Source of the DNA: Tubiluchus corallicola
Taxonomy: Eukaryota > Animalia > Priapulida
Length of the DNA: 64,000 bases
Assembly (NCBI GenBank): GCA_030141605.1
Contig: JAQGDQ010000249.1
Location: 184,510-248,509 of the forward strand
Reading direction: 5' to 3'
Positions 1-13,301 of this stretch are shown here, piece by piece. The position numbers and the translations under genes are program-made. Within the stretch, counting starts at the first letter, position 1, and every line of letters begins with the position of its first letter. Under the pieces are notes generated by a model that was given only the letters and a program-made list of their open reading frames with translations, ran no database searches and was not told the DNA's origin.

Positions 1-620
1 ACTTTAATCTCTCCATGTTTGTTTCCAATGTCTGCTAGCTCGGTTTGTAGAACATTGCACTGAAAACCTGCTACGTTTAGAGGGTGGTTCCGTCTGACGG
101 GGCTCCAGAATTCATTATCCTGGGGGTCCCCAGAAGGTCACAATCCGGCCGTGCACACGAAGCGAAACGCACTGGAATGTAGAAGAACTTTAATCTCTCC
201 ATGTTTGTTTCCAATGTCTGCTAGCTCGGTTTGTAGAACATTGCACTGAAAACCTGCTACGTTTAGAGGGTGGTTCCGTCTGACGGGGCTCCAGAATTCA
301 TTATCCTGGGGGTCCCCAGAAGGTCACAATCCGGCCGTGCACACGAAGCGAAACGCACTGGAATGTAGAAGTAATCTCTCCATGTTTGTTTCCAATGTGT
401 GCTAGCTCGGTTTGTAGAACATTGTACTGAAAACCTGCTACGTTTAGAGGGTGGTTCCGTCTGACGGGGCTCCAGAATTCATTATCTTGGGGGTCCCCAG
501 AAGGTCACAATCCGGCCGTGCATACGCACTGGAATGTAGAAGAACTTTAATCTCTCCATGTTTGTGTTCAATGTCTGCTAGCTCGGTTTGTAGAACATTG
601 TACTGAAAACCTGCTACGTT
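1..620. repeat. 186-bp tandem repeat (also 8378-8750)
   Basis: ACTTTAATCTCTCCATG recurs at 1 and 187, and at 8488 and 8674. Confidence 0.92.
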
Positions 621-717
621 GCAGGTTTAAGCAAGTCCTGTATGTGACACCTAGACTGGTTAAGTATTAAGCAAGAGTGAATAGTAAGAGCGTATGTGTA
701 CACCCCAGAAATGCGTA

Positions 718-1390
718 TGGGATGAACAGTAGTGGGATGAACAGTGGTGGGATGAACAGTAATGTGATGAACAATAGTGGGATGAACAGTGGTGGGATGA
801 ACAGTGGTGGGTTGAACAGTGGTAGGTTGAACAGTGGTGGGATGAACAGTGGTGGGTTGAACAGTGGTAGGTTGAACAGTGGTGGGATGAACAGTAGTGG
901 GATGAACAGCAGTGGGATACACAGTAGTGGGATGAACAGTAGTGGGATGAACAGTGGTGAGACAAACAGTAGTGAGACGAATGTAAGTGAGATGAACAGT
1001 AGTGGGATGAACAGTGGTGGATGAACAGTGGTGGGATGAACAGCGGTGGGACGAACAGTAGTGGGATGAACAGTGGTGGGATGAATGGTAGTGAGGTGAA
1101 CGGTAGTGCGATGAACGGTAGTGCGATGAACAGTAATGGGATGAACAGCAGTGGGATGAGCAGCGGTGGGATGAACAGTAGTGGGATGAACAGTGGTGGG
1201 ATGAACTGTGGTGAGATGAACAGTGGTGGGATGAATGGTAGTGGGATGAACAGTGGTGGGATGAACAGTGGTGGGATGAACAGTAGTGGGACGAAAAGTG
1301 GTGAGATGAACAGTAGTGGGATGAACAGTAGTGGGATGAACAGTAGTGAGATGAACAGTAGTGAGATGAACGGTAGTGGGATGAACAGGT
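718..1390. repeat. 15-bp minisatellite GGGATGAACAGTRGT
   Basis: Direct reading; source of the MNSSG / HYCSS pseudo-ORFs. Confidence 0.95.
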
Positions 1391-2525
1391 GAATTTAGAG
1401 AGCGCGTTGTTTTCTACACAGATTGTTAACTTAGAAATTCTCGCATAAATTAACACCAACTAGGGGACCAGATGTCCTTCTTTTGGACAGTACTGATTTT
1501 GAGCACTCTTTCCTTCGTACCTAGTAACTTTAAGGAGGACAATAATTTATCCTTCTTTTTGGGGCCTATCAAAAAAAATTTATGTAAATGCTTTTACATT
1601 TTTGACAACTGAGAGGGACATTAGCTATTCTTTAACTTATTTAGATTGTAATTTCATGTAGTTGCTGCTGGCAACACTAGTGCAGTGTGACCAGTTTCAC
1701 GTGACTAATCAGGGTTGCCATGGTCAGGGAAAATTCTGGAAAATCCTTAAAAATACAGGCCATCTTGGAAAGTCGTGGAAAAGTCGGGGGGAAAGATAAT
1801 TTGGTAAAAAGTTGGGGAAAATGATGAAAATGGGGGCGAAAATTCAGGGAAATTGAAAAGGGTTTCGATATTTTTCCAAACTTATTTTTCAGTGATTCGT
1901 GTTCAAATAAAATTTCGCTATGACAGGCTCCCAGTTTCGATTTCTGTTCCAAAAATAATGATTGGATTAAGAAAGTTTATTTAATGTGATTAGTGTAATT
2001 TCGTTAGAACTACTGCAACTGTGTCGACACATTAGATATCAGTATATGTGTGAATGTCCATACACAATAATGTTTGAATACGTTTAAAAATTTTTTTAAA
2101 GCTTTAAGCTGAATCATGGAATATTTAAAATCAGTTGAAATTAAAGTTTGTTTATTTCCCACTGGTTAGTAGTAATGTTTTAAATTTTTTTCAATTCTCA
2201 TTTTTTCATGCTTTGTCTTTTAGTTTCGTATTACAAAATTATCGTATAATTATCGATTATTGTATAATCTCTCTTTTGTATCATGAACGCATATGTTCTG
2301 ATAATTATCGTATAAGCGGTAACACTACTCGGCCGTTAATACACCGATTTGGCAGAAAATTCAATACTTTTAGCTGCCAATACAATGAGCATCTTACAAA
2401 ACGGCAATCCTAGCCGAGACTTGCCCGTGGAAAAACACGGTCGCATCCAGAGCTACCCGAAAGAACGTGTTATAATAATTATTGTGTTTTACATTTTAAA
2501 TTTAAAAAAATACACTTATACGACT

Positions 2526-3048
2526 GTATCCTTCTGACTCGGAAGACAATGGAGTGTGCGCCAAGAGAGTCAGTTGTTGATCACATTGATGGAGCTGCAG
2601 CGTCGACTGTGGCTGAGCAATCCGATCCTTGAACGTCTCCAGGGCGCACGCCTGGGCAAGGTGTATGGAGATCCTGAGTTGCCCAGACAACAGGAACCCC
2701 CTCTCTTCCTCGCTGGTGTTGTCCAAAGGAAACGGAGCGTTTGGCACCAGGAGCTGCTGGAGTCAGTGAGCATGCTGCACTGGTCCGCCTTCGGGGCTCC
2801 ACTCCTGATTTGGAAGGTTTACTCCTCTACACATGGCCGTTGGGTCACTTGACCTCCTCCGCCCTCTAGCCGTTGGCTGTTTGTGCAGCTCCTTTGCCTA
2901 GTGTCGAGATACAGTGTAGGCATCCCGCAAGCCTACAGCACTTGGTATTCCTAGGCGGACACCCATCCAAGTACTAACCAGGCTCTACGTTGCTTAACTT
3001 TGGTGATCAGACGAGAACCGGTGTTTTCAACGTGATTTGGCCGTAGTA
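2526..3048 (-). mobile_element. 5S rRNA-headed SINE (SINE3) with RTE-type tail, copy A
   Basis: ~120-nt 5S head followed without a T-run terminator by a ~400-nt body that recurs at four other places in the window. Confidence 0.85.
2929..3048 (-). pseudogene. 5S rRNA-derived sequence (SINE head)
   Basis: CTACGGCCA...CACCGGTTCTCGTCTGATC...AGTTAAGCAACG...GGTTAGTACTTGGATGGGTG...GTGCTGTAGGCTT; carries substitutions and lacks a TTTT terminator. Confidence 0.88.
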
Positions 3049-4896
3049 TCAAGTAAGCATATGAACGTATAAAAAAATGATAAAATTCCCAACAGGTGCG
3101 CAATAAAAAAAATTCCGGGGAGATTAGACGGAAACAAAAGTATTTTTGTGGTAGGCCTAATAGGTAGCAAGAATCCAAACACTTAATTTATTAATAAGAG
3201 TAGCTGAACATAACTCAAAAATTGACTTGTTAATTAGCGGCCAGCCAACATGGTTTTAAATTAGTCAATGAATTAATTACGCTATTTTGTGGAAAAGGTT
3301 GTTGACAGCGTCGATTGATCGAGACTGCCTTGAAAAGATGAGTATTCGAGACTCTGCAGCTCGGTGGACGAGCACGAGTTTTAATCGTTTCGAGGTTTGC
3401 GGTTCAAGTATTGGTATGGCTACAATTTTGTAGTGTCCATTTTCTTCATCAAATATTCCGAGTGTGTCAATTTTTATTTTTAACATAAGCTGGTAGGTTT
3501 ATTCATAAAATCAAAAGCATTCGTGCTTCATTATGTGTCCAATACTCTGTTCTACACACACACACACGCACATACGCACGCACGCACGCACACACATAGA
3601 TATAGACAGATAGATAAATAGACAGATAGATAGATAGACAAACAGATAGATATACAGGCGGATAGACACATATATATAGATAGATATATTGACATTGACA
3701 TTATATTGACATATATACTTGACATTGCTTCACTTTTTTCTGCTTCTTATGTTGGTTTGAGTTCCTGATTTATATGTAATTATTAGTTTTGTTTTTGGTG
3801 AGTTTAAATTTTCCATTTTGTTTGCTAAATTAAATTTTGCTTCTTCTCATTGCCAAATTTATTTACTGTTGGATGGATTGCCCCCACTTTGGAACGGATC
3901 TTCCGGGCATCCGATGTAATTAATTCAGAATTAGAGATTCTAAGTTCTGCGGGGATTTCCGACACATTTCAAATACAAAGTTGAAGGATTTAGCTGAGTG
4001 GTGACGTTGTGCACTTGTAGTTTTGTATAAGTTAAGTTGTCGTCTATAGAAGCACACCTCTATAGACTCCCATTCGTAAATTTCCAGTAATTTCTTAACC
4101 TTCTAGATGGTTGGGTTCATTTCAGTTCGCACAAAACGCTAGGATCTAGGAATAAAATTACAATAAGCACGTCGTGTAATTAGCAAAATCACTTTAAAGT
4201 TGTAATCGCTTCGTGCTCGGACGCTCCCGTTTTCAATGCCCATTCTTCTTTCATCCACGCGATTCGCCTTGAAGAAAAGTAGCGCGCTGTCGATTTTCGT
4301 CAAAGTATAAGTTCTTACATAAACATTAGTTAGTTGATTTTGTAACATTTTTATCTGAATATTAGGTAAGCTGAAGAAGTCTGAACTAGTTTAAGCAGCG
4401 CGCCTGGACGCGCTTACGAAAAATCACGAATCTCCCAGTTATGTCATAATTTTTTTTCAAACAAATTGTTGTGCAACTACCACGCCTGGAAATTCCTATT
4501 CACAGGTATTGTTGTTGTTGTTGTTGCTGTTGCTGTTGCTACTGCTGCTCCTGCTCTTGTTGTTGTTTATGGGTAATTGTAGCTCGATTGGTAACCAAAA
4601 ATTTCAGAAGATACAATAATTTAAATTGCCCAAAGTAGTCTCCGTACGAAGGGGACAACGTAGTGCAGCACATCATATAGTGCATTAATGTAAGTGTAGA
4701 GATTAGTACTAAACTTTATGTACCTATGACAATAATAATATATTATTAAATTGTGTCAGACTTGTGTTTCATAAAGTGTTTTGCAGGTTTCCTTGTTATA
4801 GTTTTCTAAGTTTAAGCGATAACGGTAAAATGAACCCAAAGTGCAAAACGACTTGTCCTTTCCTTTAATTTGGCCTTGATTTAAGAGCGGCTAATC

Positions 4897-5396
4897 CAGG
4901 GGTGTGCAAATTATCCGACTAGCCGGGCCACATTAAACTTTCCCGCAATTCCTGCGGGCCACAGGCAGTTTGATCAAGGAGCCAAGTACAGAAAGGCCTA
5001 ATAACGACTTTTTTGCATCCGACCTGCGTACATCATTACTACTACACTCAAGAAACTATTTTAGAAGTTATTAAAATTTATATTACAAACCACATATTTC
5101 TACTTTCAGGACAGATAGTGGTAATTTCATTACAATGCATATTAGTAATGTGTATCACACAGTCTGTGTAGTACAGTGACATTAAGTTACAACCATCTTG
5201 TAAGGGTTAATGGCATCCGATCTAGTAGAAAAAACTACCCGCACTATCTTTGGGATCGTGGTACGGACTTCAGCTGGATACACTCAATTAATCGCCAGGG
5301 CCGCACTTTCATTAGGTTGACAAATCTCTTCGCGGGCCACACAAACTCTTTTGGCGGGTCGCAAGTGGCCCGCGGGCCGCAATTTGCACACCCCTG
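4897..5396. mobile_element. hAT-type MITE
   Basis: TIRs CAGGGGTGTGCAAAT / ATTTGCACACCCCTG with a perfect 8-bp TSD, GGCTAATC. Confidence 0.92.
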
Positions 5397-5920
5397 GGCT
5401 AATCCCTAATCGCACTCTCGTTATCGGGAATTTTCCCTTCCCTCACTCTTTGTTTGTCGTGGTTCGTATCTAGTGTGTACAATGTAATGGGTTTCTTCCA
5501 AAGCGTGTCAACTTAAGCAGAGCTGCAGCTATCAGACGCAATTAAATATGTTACCCTGGCAACATCAGCAGTGATGCGGATGCTGCGCTCTTGGCTTCGC
5601 GTGGGTGTGATGCTACTACAGGTTGGAGTGTGGGGAAACGTTGAGAAACAGGAGTTAATGATTATTAGATTTGACAGTCAATTATGCGTTTTATTACAGC
5701 ACTCACTTGTCTACCTTTACCCTTTTGTCACATCCGCCCACGCGTCAAGATGATTTTTCCACTAAGAACAGCTGCTGAATTGATCATACGTGGGTGAGAA
5801 GCATGTTTGCGTAATACATTGCATCATCTGCTTTACTTGGTTTACTGCTGGCTCATCTGTTGTGAAGCTCAACATTTCTTGATATAATTTTTATTAATCA
5901 TTAGTTTTTAATTGGGTCAT

Positions 5921-6233
5921 TCTCCACAGAACGTACAATTTTTCTCCACAGAACGTACAATTTTTGTCCACAGAACGTACAATTTTTGTCCACAGAACGT
6001 ACAATTTTTCTCCACAGAACGTACAATTTTTCTCCACAGAACGTACAATTTTTGTCCACAGAACGTTCAATTTTTCTCCACAGAACGTACAATTTTTGTC
6101 CACAGAACGTACAATTTTTGTCCACAGAACGTACAATTTTTCTCCACAGAACGTACAATTTTTGTCCACAGAACGTACAATTTTTGTCCACAGAATGTAC
6201 AATTTTTGTCCACAGAATGTACAATTTTTGTCC
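5921..6233. repeat. 22-bp minisatellite TCCACAGAACGTACAATTTTTS
   Basis: Direct reading. Confidence 0.95.
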
Positions 6234-6827
6234 CAGGATAATTTTTTTTTAAATAACAAAGTTTCTGGTGCAATACTGTCTCATGACTGGTAGACACTAA
6301 AGAAAGAGACTTATTCCAGTTGTATGTGTTACCTCATTAGTCATTGTTGTTACCTTGTCATTCCTGTTATGGCCCAAAATTTCTCTATAGTTCTGAAGCA
6401 GAATCTTCTTCTGAGCAGTGAAGTGGCACATCTAATTCATTTTTATTACCATTACATTTGTACAATGTGATATGTTTTCATCCTTCTTCGTAAATGAGCT
6501 ACGTCCATTTAAGATGCATGTCAGATGCAAACACTGTCTAACAAACGTGAAAACCAGTTCAACATATAAAAATGTTGAATTTGTACTGTAGAGAATGACC
6601 CAATTATTATCAATAGTCATATTATTACATTCTCTTGTTAAAACATTAAAAATCCCACACAAGAAATTTCAGCTATAAAACAAGTTTATTTATTTCTATG
6701 CAGTCTAAACTTTCATCCTTGAACTAGTATGCATAACATTTACCTTCATTGAATTGCTGGCTTCCTTTTACTTCATGGAAAATACTTACCTGGGCTGTTG
6801 GTTTTTACACATCACATTGTAAGCATT

Positions 6828-7352
6828 GAGGAGAGAGAGAGGGGGCGAGGGGGAGAAAAGAGCAGAGACAGAGAGAGAGAAGAGAGAAGAGAGAGGAGAG
6901 AAAAGAGCAGAGACAGAGAGAGAGGAGAGAAAAGAGCAGAGACAGAGAGAGAGAAGAGAGAGGAGAGAAAAGAGCAGAGAGAGAAGAGAGAGGGAGAGAG
7001 GAGAGAAAAGAGCAGAGACAGAGAGAGAGGAGACAAAAGAGCAGAGACAGAGAGAGAGAAGAGAGAGGGAGAGAGGAGAGAAAAGAGCAGAGACAGAGAC
7101 AGAGAAGAGAGAGGGAGAGAAGAGAGAGAGAGAAGAGAGGAGAGAGAAAGAGGAGAGAAAAGAGAAGAGAGGGGGAGAGAAGAGAGTGAGAAAGAGAGAG
7201 AGAGAAGAGAGAGGGAGAGAGGAGAGAAAAGAGCAGAGAGAGAGAAGTGAGAAGAGAGAGGAAGAGCAGAGAGAAGTGAGAAGAGAGAGGGAGAGACAGA
7301 GAAGAGAGGAGAGAAAAGAGAAGAGAGAGGGAGAGAAGAGAGGGAGAAAGAG
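6828..7352. repeat. GA-rich low-complexity repeat
   Basis: Direct reading. Confidence 0.95.
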
Positions 7353-7892
7353 TATCACTATAAAATTTATAAAATAAAGTTTACGAAACTCACATGTATT
7401 CTACTTGATTTATTAGTGTCTTAGCTTTAGAACTACTTCATATTATCTAAAGCGATAATGCTCAAAACAATAATAATAATAATAATAATAATATTAAAAA
7501 GAAGAAACACTGTAGAAACATTCTATTTATAAAATTACTATGTCAATAACACAGATGACCATCTAACAGTCCTCACTTCACCCTCATTTTAACAGTTTAA
7601 AATGAAGCCAGAGAATTTTGATAAACCAATATAAATGATGGGGTAGTTCATTTTTGCTATTATGTGTTTGATTTTTCATGCCAGTCAATTTAATCACTAC
7701 AAGTGCTGGGTTACCCTATAGGCCAGTATAGGCTGCATCCTGGAGCCCCTCACGCTTGGGAGGGAGCCCATCCTTTGCATTGCCGACTTTTAATAAAGGA
7801 GGCCAGAAAGTCTGGAAATCCGATTTTAAAGTGACTCCTAGTTTGTGTTAAACAATCCCTGTTTGACGTCTTTAATTTGAGACAAAGGGCAG

Positions 7893-8312
7893 TTGCTTGA
7901 GGCCCTTCATTTGGGGTATTTGAGGCACCTCTTTGAAGCCCCTTATTTGAAATATGGGCCCTTGCTTGAGGCCCTTCGTTTGAGATTTTTGAGGCACCTC
8001 TTTGAAGCCCCTGATTTGAAATATGGGGCCCTTGCTTGAGGCCCTTCGTTTGAGATTTTTGAGGCACCTCTTTGAAGCCCCTGATTTGAAATATGGGGCC
8101 CTTGCTTGAGGCCCTTCATTTCAGATTTTTGAGGCACCTCTTTGAAGCCCCTGATTTGAAATATGGGGCCCTTGCTTGAGGCCCTTCGTTTGAGATTTTT
8201 GAGGCACCTCTTTGAAGCCCCTGATTTGAAATATGGGGCCCTTGCTTGAGGCCCTTCATTTCAGATTTTTGAGGCACCTCTTTGAAACCCCTGATTTGAA
8301 ATATGGGGCCCC
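7893..8312. repeat. 60-bp tandem repeat
   Basis: TTGCTTGAGGCCCTTC...GAAATATGGGGCCC repeats line to line. Confidence 0.95.
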
Positions 8313-8847
8313 CGGTTATGGAAATGTTACTAAAATATATCACAAGTAAAAAATATTCGAGGCGAGTGCGAGCAGATTAGAGGGTGGCTCCGTCTGACGG
8401 GGCTCCATAATTTCATTATCCTGGGGGTCCCCAGAAGGTCACAATCCGGCCGTGCATACGAAGCGAAACGCACTGGAATGTAAAAGAACTTTAATCTCTC
8501 CATGTTTGTTTCCTATGTCTGCTAGCTCGGTTTGTAGAACATTGCACTGAAAACCTGCTACGTTTAGAGGGTGGTTCCGTCTGACGGGGCTCCAGAATTC
8601 ATTATCCTAGGGGTCCCCAGAAGGTCACAATCCGGCCGTGCACACGAAGCGAAACGCACTGGAATGTAGAAGAACTTTAATCTCTCCATGTTTGTTTCCA
8701 ATGTCTGCTAGCTCGGTTTGTAGAACATTGCACTGAAAACCTGCTACGTTGCAGGTTTAAGCAAGTCCTGTATGTGACACCTAGACTGGTTAAGTATTAA
8801 GCAAGAGTGAATAGTAAGAGCGTATGTGTACACCCCAGAAATGCGTA

Positions 8848-9624
8848 TGGGATGAACAGTAGTGGGATGAACAGTGGTGGGATGAACAATAGTGGGATGA
8901 ACTGCAGTGAGATGAACAGTGGCGGGATGAACAGTAGTGAGATGAACAGTAGTGGGATGAACAGTGGTGAGATGAACAGTAATGGGATGAACAGTGGTGG
9001 GATGAACAGTAGTGGGATGAACAGTAACGTGATGAACAGTAGTGTGATGAACAGTAGTGGGATGAACAGTGGTGGGATGAACAGTAGTGGGATGAACAGT
9101 AGTGGGATGAGCAGTGGTGGGATGAACAGTAGTGGGATGAACGGTAGTGGGATGAACAGTGGTGGGACGAACAGTAGTGTGATGAACAGCGGTGGGATGA
9201 ACAGTAGTGGGATGAACGGTAGTGGGATGAACAGTGGTGGGACGAACAGTAGTGTGATGAACAGCGGTGGGATGAACAGTAGTGGGATGAACAGTAGTGA
9301 GATGAACAGTGGTGGGATGAACAGTGTGGAATGAACAGTAGTGGGATGAACAGTGGTGGGATGAACAGTGTGAAATGAACAGTAGTGGGATGAACAGTGG
9401 TGGGACGAACAGTAGTGTGATGAACAGCGGTGGGATGAACAGTAGTGGGATGAACAGTAGTGGGATGAACAGCGGTGGGATGAACAGTGGTGGGATGAAC
9501 AGCAGTGGGATGAACAGTAGTGAGATGAACGGTGGTGGGATGAACAGTAGTGGGATGAACAGTAGTGAGGTGAATGGTAGTGAGATGAACAGTAGTGCGA
9601 TGAACAGTAGTGGGATGAACAGGT
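8848..9624. repeat. 15-bp minisatellite, paralogous array
   Basis: Same unit and flanks as 718-1390. Confidence 0.95.
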
Positions 9625-10765
9625 GAATTTAGAGAGCGCGTTGTTTTCTACACAGATTGTTAACTTAGAAATTCTCGCATAAATTAACACCAAATAGGGT
9701 GCCAGGTGTCCTTCTTTTGCACAGTACTGATTTTGAGCACTCTTTCCTTCGTACCTCGTAACTTTAAGGAGGACAATAATTTATCCTTCTTTTTGGGGCC
9801 TATCAAAAAAAATTTATGTAAATGCTTTTACATTTTTGACAACTGAGAGGGACATTAGCTATTCTTTAACTTATTTAGATTGTAATTTCATGTAGTTGCT
9901 GCTGGCAACACTAGTGCAGTGTGACCAGTTTCACGTGACTAATCAGGGTTGCCATGGTCAGGGAAAATTCTGGAAAATCCTTAAAAATACAGGCCATCTT
10001 GGAAAGTCGTGGAAAAGTCGGGGAAAAAGATAATTTGGTAAAAAGTTGGGGAAAATGATGAAAATGGGGGCGAAAATTCAGGGAAATTGAAAAGGGTTTC
10101 GATATTTTTCCAGAGATATTTTTCAGCGATTCGTGTTGAAATCAAATTTGCCTATGGCAGGTTCCCAGTTTTGATTTCTGTTCCAAAAATAATGATTGGA
10201 TTAAGAAAGTTTATTTAATGTGATTAGTGTCATTTCATTAGCACTACTGCAACTGTGCCGACACATTATATATCAGTATATGTATGAATGTTCATACACA
10301 AAAATGTTTGAATACGTTTAAAAAAATTTTTAAAGCTTTAAGCTGAATCATGGAATATTTAAAATCAGTTGAAATTAAAGTTTGTTTATTTCCCACTGGT
10401 TAGCAGTAATGTTTTAAATTTTTTTCATTTCTCATTTTTTCATTTTCATGCTTTGTCTTTTAGTTTCGTATTACAAAATTATCGTATAATTATTGATTAT
10501 TGTATAATCTCTCTTTTGTATCATGAACGTACATGTTCTGATAATTATCGTATAAGCGGCAACACTACTCGGCTGTTAATGCACCGATTTGGCGGAAAAT
10601 TCAATACTTTTAGCTGCCAATACAATGAGCATCTTACAAAACGGCAATCCTAGCCGAGACTTGCCCGTGGAAAAACACGGTCGCATCCAGCGCTACCCGA
10701 AAGAACGTGTTATAATAATTATTGTGTTTTACATTTTAAATTTAAAAAAATACACTTATACGACT

Positions 10766-11305
10766 GTATCCTTCTGACTCGGAAGACAATGGAGTGTGCG
10801 CCAAGAGAGTCAGTTGTTGATCACATTGATGGGGCTGCAGCGTCGACTGTGGCTGAGCAATCCGATCCTTGAACGTCTCCTGGGTGCACGCCTGGGCAAG
10901 GTGTAAGGAGATCCTGAGTTGCCCAGACAACAGGAACCCCCTCTCTTCCTCCCTGGTGTAGTCCAAAGGAAAGCGGAGCGATACGTTTGGCACCGGGTTG
11001 GCTGCAGGAGCTGCCCGAGTCAGTGAGCATGCTGCACTGGTCCGCCTTCGGGGCTCCACTCCTGATTTGGAAGGTTTACTCCTCTACACATGGCCGTTGG
11101 GTCACTTGACCTCCTCCGCCCTCTAGCCGTTGGCTGTTTGTGCAGCTCCTCCGCCTAGTGTCGAGATACAGTGTGGGCATCCCGAAAGCCTACAGCACCT
11201 GGTATTCCTAGGCGGTCACCCATCCAAGTACTAACCAGGCTCTACGTTGCTTAACTTCGGTGATCAGACGAAAACCAGTGTTTTCAACGTGATTTGACCA
11301 TAGTA
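10766..11305 (-). mobile_element. 5S-headed SINE copy B (inside the segmental duplicate)
   Basis: Same structure and same flanks as copy A. Confidence 0.85.
11186..11305 (-). pseudogene. 5S rRNA-derived sequence (SINE head)
   Basis: Recognisable 5S with box A and box C; followed by GGCTTTCG rather than a terminator. Confidence 0.88.
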
Positions 11306-11849
11306 TCAAGTTAGCATATGAACGCATAAAAAAATGATAAAATTCCCCACAGGGTGCATAACAAAAAAATATTTCCCGGGCGTTTAGAAGTATTTTTGTG
11401 GTAGGCCTAATAGGTAGCAAGAATCCAAACACTTAATTTATTAATAAGAGTAGCTGAACATAACTCAAAAATTGACTTGTTAATTAGCAGCCAGCCAACA
11501 TGCTTTTAAATTAGTCAATGAATTAATTACGCCATTTTGTGGAAAAGGTTGTTGACAGCGTCGATTGATCGAGACTGCATTGAAAAGATGAGTATTCAGG
11601 ACTCTGCAGCTCGGTGGACGAGCACGAGTTTTAATCGTTTCGAGGTTTGCGGTTCAAGTCTTGGTATGGCTAGAATTTTGTATTGTCCATTTTCTTCATC
11701 AAATATTCCAAGTGTGTCAATTTTTATTTTTAACATAAGCTGGTAGGTTTATTCATAAAATCAAAAACATTCGTGCTTCATTATGTCCCCAATGCTATGC
11801 GTTCTTCTCTGCACACATGCACATACGCGCATGCACACGCACGCACACA

Positions 11850-12762
<913 letters not shown>

Positions 12763-13301
12763 ATGTATATACTAGTTCAGCTAGTCTTTTCTACATTATA
12801 TTGATTGAACAATTACACATAACAAACTGAACAACAATATTCAGTACTGTATTCAGTTACCACTTCATAAGAGAATTATCTGTGTAATGTGTTCTTCAGC
12901 TGACCTTGAATTACTACGATTATTATAAAGATGCCCACTCATCTGTTCAGCCACATAGCTCTTCGTTCTTTGCCCAGACAATAACAAAGCTTTGTAACAC
13001 TTCAATGATGTCTTTAAATTCAAGAGTCTTCTGCAAAGTGTGCGTTTACTGCACTCAGCCGGGGAAAAGATGAAAGATCATCACTGATATTCATCTAGAG
13101 GGCAGCATGTCCTCTTGCTGCCTTCAGTGATATGATGAAAGATCATCACTGATATTCATCTAGAGGGCAGCATGTTCTCTCGCTGCCTTCAATGAAATGC
13201 TGTACATGTATATCAGTTCCTTGGTTTGGCGTTGTAAATAGATGTTATAAAGTAATTATAAACTCAGTTATATACCACTTAATTATGAACTCATCTGAAT
13301 T

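Noticed and set aside
90-185. Hammerhead ribozyme in the 186-bp repeat (CTGACGG ... CGAAAC)
   Set aside because: The core reads CTGACGG rather than CTGANGA, and stems II and III cannot be closed; the sequence looks like a MITE end plus flank.
614-1459. HYCSS / MNSSG repeat ORFs (also 8797-9693)
   Set aside because: 15-bp minisatellite, open on both strands, with frame-shifting indels that differ between the two paralogous arrays.
2929-3048. Functional 5S rRNA gene
   Set aside because: No oligo-T terminator, substitutions differ between copies, and it is always fused to the same dispersed body; better explained as a SINE head.
6782-6793. ATACTTACCTGG, identical to the U1 snRNA 5' end
   Set aside because: Similarity stops after 12 nt; it is simply a consensus donor on the minus strand with no identifiable exon.
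12947-13030. Possible minus-strand terminal exon (KTLEFKDIIEVLQSFVIVWAKNEELCG*)
   Set aside because: Short, no recognisable homology, and no upstream exon could be linked.
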